Below, piece by piece: positions 52,376-64,000 of a stretch of 64,000 nucleotides of DNA. Numbering within the stretch: position 1 is the stretch's first letter; every line of letters begins with the position of its first letter. Source of the stretch: Octopus bimaculoides. Lineage: Eukaryota. The notes below the pieces were generated by a model. It was not told where the DNA came from. It did not search any database and worked only from the letters and a program-made list of their open reading frames with translations. The translations under genes and the position numbers were made by a program. Location of the stretch: NCBI RefSeq assembly GCF_001194135.2, contig NC_068995.1, positions 468,035 to 532,034 of the forward strand. Reading direction: 5' to 3'.

Positions 52376-52522
52376 GAGAGAGATAGTGAGAGAGAGAGAA
52401 AGGAAGATATGATTGTATACATATACTCATACACACTAAGATATATATACATGTATAAATATGCACAAATATAAATATATACATACATATTCTTTATGTA
52501 TAAACACAAAGTATATATAGTG

Positions 52523-52579
<57 letters not shown>

Positions 52580-53680
52580 TTCATATACGTGTGAACATGT
52601 GTGAGTTTATGACCGGGTCTACGCGTCGACCATCGCTAATCTAAAAGAAATTGGTGTCGTTTACTTTGTTTCCCTGTCCCGTGATGTAGCGGTTCGTCAT
52701 ATAAAAACTGGTAATTTGTGCTCTAGAAACACAATGTGGGTCCGTACGATTGGCTTAACCTTTCAACGGGTCCCGCAGGATTTATGGGGCAGCGTTTTTA
52801 ACTCGGAAACATTTTATCAAGAGAAGATATAAATTGCTCCTGCGCCACATTTGCTCAGGAAACAGTACTCAAGACCAAGTCTTCGGCGGAGAATATTAAA
52901 CCAGGTCGAGTTGAAATAATTCTTGCCTTCTGTGTTGATGCGACCATTTAAAAAGAGAAAACAACATAAACCGTGGATCGGTGTTAGTATACCGAAAATC
53001 AGTTGAAAGGTAAATGGAATTCTTAAAGAAAGAGAAACGTTTCAAAGCTTTGCTCCAGCTTGGTCGTGTTTAATGAGTGAAACAAGGAAGAGAGTGAAGA
53101 GTATATCTATTACTAGAGCACTATAAGTCGTGGGTGACAGCTTTCGGAAATAAAGGATAAATAATTATATTAATATGTCAAACATTGGAAGCACCAGATA
53201 GTCTGGGTTTCGATAATCGTTAAGGTGCTCTACAGTCGGGGTTCAAATCACACCGACGCCAACTTCAATTTTCATTCTTCTAGAGTCAATAGAGTACCTG
53301 ATGAGTACAGGTACTCTGCTCGTCTCACTCGCCTTCTCTTCTACATACAGACATATACAGGGAAGGAATGAACACGGTTTGAAAGAGAAAGAGATAAATA
53401 ATTAGATACGAAGATGTGTGTGTGCGTGTGTGTGTAATCGCTTGTTTATACGTTTGTCTACATCAGTACACTAAACATGCACTGAAGAATGAACTCAATA
53501 CTAGTGAACAAGTAGAGCCAAAACTTACAAATAAACACTCGCAATTTGCAATAAATACTATACACGCATACACACAGGATCATGTTGAAGCAGCACCATA
53601 CACACACACACACACACACAATTCACATTCACACACACATACACATACATATACGTATGTACATATAAATTTATATATAA

Positions 53681-53736
<56 letters not shown>

Positions 53737-54281
53737 AATGCTATATATGTGTGTGAGCGTCGTGTATTACATATGTGTTTTGTAAAGGTGTCTGTGTATA
53801 AACACAATGATGGATATGCATACATGTACGTATTTATGTGTGTGTGTCTGAATATATATACATGTTTGTGCCCATTCCCATACATACACACGCGCGCACA
53901 CACAAACAAATACATACACATATACACGATGTATATAATGCAAGTATGCACATATGTATGTAGATCTATGTATGTTTGTGTATACATGATTGGTATGCGT
54001 TTGCCTGCTGATGGTGCGTGCACTTCCTACCAGCCGTATCGCCTGTCGGTCGGCCTCGAGAATATAACACATTTTAACGTTGTTTGCATGAGCTGATGTA
54101 TGTTACATACCCTGCCACTCTTCTAATATATACGTTTATAATGAGCATGTGGCGACACCTACATTGATATATGTATGTGTGTATGGATGTATGTATGTAG
54201 GTAGGTATGCTTGTATCTGTGTGTATATATGCATACATGTATGAATATATTTGTATGCGTGTGCATACGTATATATGTGTA

Positions 54282-54369
<88 letters not shown>

Positions 54370-54740
54370 TGTGGGTATACTTATATATATAAGGCGAGAT
54401 AATACATACAAATAGTAATGTATATACATTTGCATGTCTATCTGTAGATCTAGCTATCAATCTATCTATCTACGTGTGTGTGTGTATATACATATATATA
54501 TATATATACACACACACATACACACACACACATATATGTATATCTATGTAAATGTTTGCGCACTCGCGTGATTGCGCATGCGCAAATGCTTATGCGTGCG
54601 TATTAGTACGGTTGTTCGCTTGTACAATTTACCGCTATATAATACACATATATATATATATATATATATATATTCATATGTATGTGCTTGTATATATATA
54701 TATGCGTACAATATAACGGTAGCATCAATAACATATGTAC

Positions 54741-54793
<53 letters not shown>

Positions 54794-55797
54794 ATCTGTA
54801 TATGTTATGGTACTCTAAAAACATAAGTTTTATCCATTAGAAACACACGCGTAAGCACATATATATCACATATGTCGTGGTTTATATTTAACAATAACTC
54901 CCACTTCTCTGCCTTTTTTTTCTCCCTGCGTACACACACATGCACATATACACCCCCACACACACAGATACACACTTACATACACACAAACACACACTCA
55001 CATATTCATATCAATATACATATATTGGATATAAATATACATGTATATCATGTTATGCATTAATTTATCTCTCCCTCGATTTCTGTTCTTCGCTTTCTGT
55101 TCGAAATTATTGTATGTATGTATGTATGTGCGTGCGTGTGTGTGTATGTGTGTGTACAAACATATATACATACATATCTACACTCTAATGCTGCTTGTTA
55201 ACTAGTTTTGATTATTTAACTTTTCTAAAGGAATGCCATTCTGAAAGTCCTCGTTCTCTAGAAAATTCGTATAAATTCTAATTACGATATGTTTTTATCA
55301 GAACATGATTGTCAAGTTTTTTTGCTCATTGAAGATATCGCAATTACACATATAGCAGATAATGCCATTCTGTGCACACCTGTTCAGACGATGTCGATTT
55401 GATGGAGGTGGGGAGCTAATGTACAGCGCAAGCATTTGATCACTATAAACAGATCGTTTGTGAAGATCGTTCGCAAAAGAGCTGAACGTTCATACGTCGT
55501 CTTCGACGGTGTAGGGGTCCATCGTATAATGATATATTACATTATATTTTACTGGTTTCATTTTGAGGTTATGGCCATGCATCAGCACCGCCTTTTGTAT
55601 AAATGCTAGTTTATTTCAAAGTCACTACCCGTCCCTCTCACCGGGTTTCGCATTAGTGAAGCAATGGTTTTGGAAAGGCTACGCTTCTATGCGGTTTTTT
55701 TTTTTTGCTGCGATCTGGGTTCATTTGATGCTTCATAAAAACGTTTTTCTAAATGTTCTTTGAATACATCCACGTTGGGGAAAGTTAAGACACTGTA

Positions 55798-55830
55798 CTG
55801 ATGATGCCCATTGCGACAGAAACACGGGTC
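55798..55830 (+). ncRNA. Degenerate hammerhead-like motif
   Basis: CUGAUGA-UGCCCAUUGCGACA-GAAAC-ACGG-GUC. Core nucleotides and spacing are right, but stems I and II are poorly paired. Confidence 0.3.
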
Positions 55831-56187
55831 ACCATCTACTGACCTCCACTCCTCTTGTCTCCTGACAAGCAGACAGTCTTCTCCCCAACAGCATGTCGTT
55901 TCTGGAGAAATTCTTTAATTTCAGGTTATCTTCCTTGTCAGTTCCTGCTGGAATATCTACACATAAAGACGTGTGTGTGTGTGTATTTTAGAGATTAGAA
56001 TATAATGATAAAGCTTGTTAAGATTAATTTGTCCGCTAGACCGGACATTGTGCATAAACGTGAGTCGTAGACTAGAAGCTGAAGTGGCATAGAAGGATGC
56101 CTGTGCAAACTGAGCTCGTTTATGTATAGAGTTTCTCCATACATACATACATATATGTATATACATGTTTATACGTAGATAAAAAGT

Positions 56188-56227
<40 letters not shown>

Positions 56228-56462
56228 CACACACTCACATAGAGAGAAGGGCAAAAACACATACACACATAAACAGATGTGCAAATGCACCATGTATCCT
56301 TAGATGTATACGTGATATACTGACATTCCTATATAAAGTTCATCGATGTATACACGTATGTGTGTGTGAGTGTGTATAACATATATAGACAGATGTATAT
56401 ATATATATCTGTATATATGTATGTATATATATATATATGTGTGTGTATAAATATACGCACAT

Positions 56463-56532
<70 letters not shown>

Positions 56533-57523
56533 GAATGCATAATAATAAAACGTTCTCAGTTGCCTCAGCCCTGACCCCCTTCGCCAATACTCCACACATC
56601 TCACATGAAACATAAATAGATTCCTCCAAAATCTCATAAATGGACATTGCTATTATCTCTGTCTGAAACAAAATTCCGCCCTCATTAACCCCCTCCCGGG
56701 AACAGGATAAATAAGAATCTCTATGCCCCACTGATCCTCATATTGACAAAGAAGCCTTTATGATTTTATAATTGCTAAACCACTTTACCCGTTCGCAGAT
56801 TACCAAATTAAACCCGCCGACCTTTAAAATGTTACCTAATCACAAAAACAGCCAGTTATACCTTACATTCTCCGTCGACCTGCCCACGCGAATACACAAA
56901 CTTCCTGAATGTAATCAACATAAAAAGCTCCAGCTTCAAACAAAGAGAACAGAAACCCGAACATTGAAGCAAACCACTTTCACCAAAAAGAGACCACACT
57001 GCATTGAGCCATTGCACTTCTAAAACTTCAGTTTGAAAACTAAAGAATCCTACCGTCTGATGATTCCCACCGGAGATGATACTACGAGCCTCAGTGAGAC
57101 ATTGAGATTTCCATTATTTAACAAATAATTATTCTTAACCACACAGCCATACTTAGTTGAAGAGTCAGACTTGCAGACATTCTGACGTGCAGACGTACAA
57201 TTTTAACGCTTTGGATTTGTGCTCTGCAGACGACCGCTGTTTGCTTGACGGTTCAACTTGGCAGCTATTGTAAATAACATATTACGCCTTTCCACATACA
57301 ATAGAAATATGGTCTGCCCACAACAGCATGCTGTCTGTAGGTACGCCCAAGATCTCAGTTACATCTGTAATCTTTAAAATGATTTAATGAAACTCGTTAA
57401 CGAACTTCAAATGGAAGGAATATTTCACAAGCCATTGTGTCTCACATAAAAAGCATAACTCTTGTATACATATTTTTGTTTATAAACCCATAAATAATAT
57501 GTTTAGAATTCGGAATGTGTGTA

Positions 57524-57579
<56 letters not shown>

Positions 57580-57590
57580 CATACATACAC

Positions 57591-57660
57591 GCAGGCTGTG
57601 TGGTAAGAAGCTTGCTTCCCAACCACATGGTTCCAGGTTCACTCCTACTGCAAAATATCA
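57591..57660 (+). mobile_element. SINE family 2 head (tRNA-like)
   Basis: ggctgtgtggtaagaagcttgcttcccaaccacatggttccaggttcactcc, with A-box-like and B-box-like segments. Confidence 0.7.
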
Positions 57661-58821
57661 GCAGATCGATCTCCGAGTGTCTAGGTACATCATGGGTACA
57701 CATCCACCCCTGGGATCCCACTGCAGAAAAACTAAACAATAAAAAAGTCTCGTTAAATAGAACGCTACACAGTCTTTGTTCTGACAATCAAGGCTCTCGG
57801 TTCAAATTCCACCGAAGTCAAATTTACTTTTCATTCTGAAAAAAGACTCGTATCAATCCAGAATGGTTGAGTGGTGCGATTGTGAGAACATCGAAGCGGA
57901 TACTTTGTGATATTTGTTCCAGCTCTTTGCATTATCAGTTCAAATCTCACCCTCGTTAATACTACCACTTGGCACTTTGGCTGCATTAAATGGTCACCAT
58001 TCTAGTGCAAGCATTCGGCGACCAAACCGGTAACTCTACTAAGCCTACAGGACGAAAACAAACCTTGTCAAAGGACAGGTGAATTCAGTAGAGTCAATTG
58101 CCATCCAACAGCTAGGAGTGAGACACACGTTGTCTTCGTTTAAACATCTTTCTTGGAGAAGGAAACTGTTTCTGAATGCCTGCGACTTCATTCGCATTCA
58201 ACGATGTAGACTAGTTCTTCTTTTGGGGCAAATGCATTCGTTGTTTAGAGAGGCAGGGCCTGTCCCCACTTCACAAAGCTCATAAACAGACTTCGCTTCA
58301 TATCTAACATCACTATTATGGCTGACGGTAGAAACTTTCATGACGGAACGAAGGCATGTGTCAGCATGAGCGTTAACTCTCTGAACACCTGCTGCAAGAG
58401 GCCCCCGTCATTGCCAAATATATGCGAAAGACTCTACGTCCTTAGCAGGACTGAAAGGTAATCTCTATGCTACTTTAAGAGAACGCTCAAAGGACGGCAT
58501 CGCTTGAAATCAATTTGCAGTCATCATGTGTATACTTGTGCGTATATATTTCTATGCATGTGTGTATATATATATGTGCACGCGCACATACACTCAAATA
58601 AGACGATCCAGCGGCAGTTGAGCAGTCTTTGATCATAGATCCCAAGAATCCGGAAATGGAAGGGCCTAGGGCTAAACAACAACCACTTCGATAAAAAAAA
58701 GATCTCAACAACAACAACGAAACAGTCATCTAAGATAATGCTTATCCAGATGATAGGTGTGTGGGTGTGTGGATGTGTGGAGTGGGGCAGCATTCGCCGA
58801 TGAGGAAGGAAGAATTCTTCG

Positions 58822-58841
58822 AGCGCCACCTGCTGACGTCA
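58822..58841. promoter_or_regulatory. CTCF-like core (AGCGCCACCTGCTG) overlapping a full CRE palindrome (TGACGTCA)
   Basis: Motif match only, inside a short GC-richer unique island (58780-58920). Confidence 0.25.
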
Positions 58842-58954
58842 TCTCTGATGTCAACTGGCACCGACTGATATTGCAGTACGTGCACAGAGATATGTTGCAG
58901 ATTAGTGATGCTGCTGAGGGGGTGGGGGTGGCGACAACGGCAATGATGAGGAGA

Positions 58955-58985
<31 letters not shown>

Positions 58986-59349
58986 CGGCGACGACGATGA
59001 TAATGATGATGATAGTGGCAGTGGTGAGATGGAGGGGGAGGAGTAGGAAATATAAAATGAAATGATAATGCTGAAGGTGATTGTACTGATGGTGATGATG
59101 ATGACGATGATTATAATGGTACTCGCAGTTTCGTCGAGTGTGTGGCTCCGATTGCCAGAGCTGCAGCCGCTGTTGCAATTACTGTTGCTGTTGATGATGA
59201 TGATGATGATGAAGATGGTTCTGTTTTCTTTGTTGTTTTCTTTGATAATGTTGTTGTTGTTTTTATTGAAACTCAAGCCCTAACATGTTGGTACTGATAC
59301 CATTTGACATTTAGATATGGAGTAAGTAATCTATGAAATGCAAGTTAAA

Positions 59350-59388
<39 letters not shown>

Positions 59389-59646
59389 TATCCATGTGTG
59401 CGTGTGTGTGTTTATATACATATTCACTTATATAATTATGTGTATACATACATATGGAGATGGGGGTGTATACATGTACAGAATCACATCTATACGCCGA
59501 CTGATATACTCTCAGTTATATTTACGAGAATATAATGCGGTCGTTATAAGACATTCATATACACTCGGCGTGTTTATATATCCATGCAAAGGTATTCCGT
59601 AATCACTTAAAAACACGAACGCATACACGCATAAACTCACGTCCAT

Positions 59647-59687
<41 letters not shown>

Positions 59688-60389
59688 TGCGTAACAACAT
59701 CCTCCCCGCTTGAAATTTGCTACCCTAACGAAGTGACCTACGAAGATATTTACCCAACATCATTTCTGATATGTCTGTCTCTCCTCAGCCCGCCACCCTT
59801 ATAACTTGCCCAACATCTTGTACAACGAATTAGCAACCGGAATCTACTTCCTCTTCTCAGCTAAAATGTCCAGCCGCCTTTCTACAATCTGATGACACAA
59901 TATATCGATATTTGACTACTCAATTCTGCATTAGCTAATGTTGGAAACTGTGTATCTATAATACATTAAACGTCAGCGTGAATCTTACTTGCTTGCTTGC
60001 ACTGTTACTCAGCTAAATCTTTCCTCTTCTGGGGAAAGAAGCTGTTTATGTGTGATTTCGAAGTCACATTCGTTGAAAGCATGCGAAATAACCCGGGAAA
60101 GAAAAAAACTACGAAACAAAACTCCTTTGCTGGGAAACTCAGACTTTACCGGTGACCCAACGGCTCACAGGTAGTCTAGTAAAATATAAGCCGAATTATA
60201 ATCTAGCCCGTACGGTTCGGAAGCCCGCTTTGCAACCACATGCAGCTTGGGCATGAATCTTTTACCATGGCTCCGTGACTAATGTGTAATATTTACTCAA
60301 AATTTAGAAAAGTGAGAGAAATATTTATCTCATTTGTTGATAGCTATATAGCAATCTGTATCCCGTTACATCACCTATGCTAAAGTGCC

Positions 60390-60431
<42 letters not shown>

Positions 60432-60603
60432 GAGAGACAGAGAATGAAAGAGACAGGCAGTCATAGAGAAATGAATAGATAGAGGACAGACAGGAAGAGA
60501 TGCAGAGATAGACAAACATGAGTTTAAAGAATAGTTCTCTAAAAGTACACTTTTCAAAAGTTGGTAGATTTCACTCATTACACAAACGCATATACGTATT
60601 GTA

Positions 60604-60673
<70 letters not shown>

Positions 60674-61134
60674 ATCTCTTGAGCTATTTTTTAATACATA
60701 CTCAACGATTTTAACGCGGGGCAAATGAGAACCACTTAAGTTTAAGTGCCCTGCATAAGTAACACTTTCAGATTCTTCTGTGTGTCACTCATATATCGTA
60801 TCACTGAACTAAAATAGGACAATTGTCTGTCTTTCACGCACTTCATGTCATGCTTGCTCTCTTCCACACACACACATACACACATACATAAATCATGTCA
60901 TGTTTATAAATTTGCATGGTATATATATATGTGTGTATTTTTATTCTCTCTTTACATGCTTTAGTCACTGGAGTGCGACCATTGGGGGTGGAGGGAAGCA
61001 TTTTGAAGGGTTTTCTTTTTTTTCCTTATACATATTTATTTTATTTTTAGTGTATATTTATCTTTATTTTTAGTATATATTTATATATTTTTGGTATATA
61101 AACTATATTTTATACCCAGTTAAGAGCCATACTT

Positions 61135-61438
61135 AGGAAAATCCCCAATTCTGATAAAGCCATTCTACTGGGGATTTCAACGCCAGGGTTTGAACAGACT
61201 GACAAACATGGAACTCCCTAGGATGTTTTGGTGTAGGGAAAATCAATAGCAATGGTCTCATGCTGTTGGAGATTTGCAATGAACATGGACTTCACATCGC
61301 AAGCACTCATTTTATGCACTAAGGCGATCGCACAACAACGCGGATGTATCCAAGGTCTAAAGTTTGGCACTTGCTGGATTATGTCATCATCCGCAAGCGT
61401 CACATCTATGACATTTGTAATGTCAAGTCTTGTCGCGA
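61135..61438 (+). mobile_element. RTE/BovB-like LINE AP-endonuclease relic
   Basis: IPNSDKAILLG(D)FNARV, GVGKINSNGLMLLEICNEHGLHIAST.F, MYPRSKVWHLLDYVIIRKR match the GDFNARVG / NSNG..LL / MHPRSKHWHLIDY motifs. Confidence 0.88.
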
Positions 61439-61482
61439 AATTGTGCATTATCACAAATCTCATTCAATATGCTTTCTTCGAA

Positions 61483-61790
61483 ACGCATCCGACGATCTGG
61501 GTCATACTCTGTTATATGTTGCAATAGTCTGGGTCGGTGTTACTTCGAGTTCATTTGTTTTCATGAGATGACACATCCTTGCCAGATGACCAACTCAACC
61601 GATGCACGTCTGCTAAGCTTCATAGGGTTCTTCACAAACGTCAATGCTGTCTGCATCTCATTTTCTTCAATAGTAACACTTCGTGGACGTCCAAATTTCG
61701 GGGCGTTCTTCTCTGATTCTGTCTCCTTGAATTTGTCTCATGTTTTGTAAATCGGTTGCCTCTGTGGAAGGTTTTTTGTCCATTTCTCAC
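61483..61790 (-). mobile_element. Tc1/mariner-superfamily transposase N-terminal relic (rosa/maT-like HTH)
   Basis: Minus strand gives DKFKETES..APKFGRPRSVTIEENE..FVKNPMKLSRRASVEL..RPRLLQHITEYDPDRRMRF. Confidence 0.65.
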
Positions 61791-61917
61791 GCACCGTTTC
61801 TGCATATTCAAATTTCCAGTGATTCTTTCGGATCCACTTTCTCTCGTTATCTCTTAAACTGTCTGCCATTACGCCTCACAACCCCCAAAATAAGAACGTC
61901 AGTCTACTTTTGCACGA

Positions 61918-61961
<44 letters not shown>

Positions 61962-62478
61962 AAGCGTAAACTGTTTTCCCATGTATGTCACTCACTTTCC
62001 ACATTAATCGATCTCGGTTATTTAATACATCCTGTACACCCATACGCATCTACCCACTCCACTAGTATCGCTTCTTTTAACAACTCAACTCACACCCTAT
62101 TCTCTCTCTCCTTCTCAATCCATATATACATACATATATATATGTTCAACATACACATACACAGAGATATATATGTCTGTGTGCATACATATGCATACAC
62201 AAAAACGTGCATACCTATTTACTCATACAGACGACATGTCACTCTCTAGGGTAATGAGATTACTTTCAACTGAACGTTGACTTGTATGTTGCTGCCATTT
62301 GTTTATTTATCCTACGAATATATTAATTCTTACCTCCCCTTCTTTACGCCCTCTACATGGCTTCCTTACCAGCCTCTTCGTGTTTTTCTGCTCGATACTT
62401 CATAATTACCTCCCCCTTCTTAGCCTTTTCGATATTACATACCTCCTGCTGTTACGCTTTCTTCTGTTCTTGCAGTAA

Positions 62479-62538
<60 letters not shown>

Positions 62539-62829
62539 ACTCACTCTATATCTTGCTCTGTCTTTCTAATTTTCTCTCTCCTTTCTTTCTTTGCCTCTCT
62601 TNNNNNNNNNNNNNNNNNNNNNNNNNNNNNNNNNNNNNNNNNNNNNNNNNNNNNNNNNNNNNNNNNNNNNNNNNNNNNNNNNNNNNNNNNNNNNNNNNNN
62701 NNNNNNNNNNNNNNNNNNNNNNNNNNNNNNNNNNNNNNNNNNNNNNNNNNNNNNNNNNNNNNNNNNNNNNNNNNNNNNNNNNNNNNNNNNNNNNNNNNNN
62801 NNNNNNNNNNNNNNNNNNNNNNNNNNNNN

Positions 62830-62871
<42 letters not shown>

Positions 62872-63012
62872 TATATATATATATATATATATATACATAC
62901 ATATACATATGTTTATATATATATATACATACATATACATATGTTATATATGTATAATTTTGTATATGAGTATATGTATTTACACATATATGTATATAGC
63001 ATATATATATAT

Positions 63013-63057
<45 letters not shown>

Positions 63058-63656
63058 CAATGAAAATATGAGTATGTTTGCCTGAGATGTATGAGTGCGT
63101 CCGTATGTATATCGGGGACACAAAAACACACAAAAACACGAAATAAGAAAGAAAAACAAGAACGAAAAAAAAAAGTACATTTTCTAAACTCGAGAAAAAT
63201 ATTTCATGCCACAATTAGGGAGGCATTTGATGTTTTTACAGGCATGGGTCGTGGGATTTCGTTAGGGGGAGAGCAATGAGAGTTTTATTCAATTCACCTA
63301 CTTCTTTATATAAATAGTTAAAAACTACCACCACCACCACAACCAGCACCGCCACCACTTTTACCACTACTTCTCATATATGTTTAACTTGCTTTGCTAC
63401 ACAACTTTAGCTGGTATCAACGTGTTAGGACACACTTAATGGAAGCGTGCCTCGCCAGAATAAATATGGCATATGGAAGTGACATATATTATATTACATT
63501 CTATCGACCTCTCTCCCGTTCTCTTTCTCGCTTTTACTTTCTATCTCACTCTCTCTCTTTCCCATTCTATCTCTACACCTATGCTTTTTCCTCTACCTCC
63601 TTGCCTCTCCCCTCACATACGTGGGTGTACACACTCATTTGCCTATCTATCTATTA

Positions 63657-63678
63657 TCTATATATATAAAAATGAGAA

Positions 63679-63709
<31 letters not shown>

Positions 63710-63980
63710 GTGAATCCCTAAAACTCGAGAACTACGCAACCAATTTCATTCAAATTTTACAGATGCCTTACTTAGGGTTCCAGTTGTGTTTTAGTCAAAA
63801 AAACATTTTTAATTTCTTGCAGAGTTCGAGCCCACGGCAACATAATATCTCCTCCACTATTTAAGTATTACGTGTCGAAAGTGAAACAAAAACACTCACG
63901 TCAAATGCTTTCACTTTAAAAATGAAACTATTCCACTAACTGAAACAATCAGATTTCGATACTGTAATGACAGATACTTT
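63657..63980 (+). mobile_element. Non-autonomous Helitron (DINE-1/Lep1-like layout) 5' end
   Basis: A|TCTATATATATAAAAATGAGAA, then (TGTC)n, then aaaactcgagaactacgcaaccaatttcattcaaatttt: TC start after A plus an internal tetranucleotide tract. Confidence 0.68.
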
Positions 63981-64000
63981 CAGAGAGAGAGAGAGAGAGA

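Noticed and set aside
57059-57085. CTGATGA followed by a small stem
   Set aside because: No GAAA on the far side of the stem, so not a hammerhead. The same applies to CTGATGA at about 16730, 46606 and 53298.
56570-57130. A/C-rich stretch with LPTRIHKLP, reminiscent of Penelope RT LPKIHK
   Set aside because: The expected downstream RPIVS motif is absent; cannot be supported by eye.

Overview
This is AT-rich animal genomic DNA from a gappy short-read assembly (17 N-runs, nearly all bordered by microsatellites). The repeat landscape suggests a coleoid cephalopod, probably Octopus; that is an inference, not a database result. No intact long ORF is present, and most of the supplied ORF track is translated microsatellite. 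The window is mainly simple repeats, tRNA-derived SINEs and decayed transposon relics. The relics are three R4/Dong-type restriction-like-endonuclease LINE pieces, CR1-group and RTE LINE pieces, a Penelope-like GIY-YIG relic, D34D mariner, D37D maT-like, other Tc1/mariner and pogo pieces, and Helitron ends plus a helicase relic. Observations most worth follow-up: (1) a type I hammerhead-ribozyme-like motif with an intact catalytic core (34126-34177, minus strand) and three related motifs; (2) a ~400 bp near-perfect fold-back palindrome fused to the 5' end of a Dong-like LINE; (3) a low-confidence chain of phase-compatible small exons (31062-31193, 45475-45559, 50209-50323) that may be the 3' end of an unidentified large-intron gene; (4) small regulatory-motif clusters (ETS/YY1; CTCF-like overlapping CRE).
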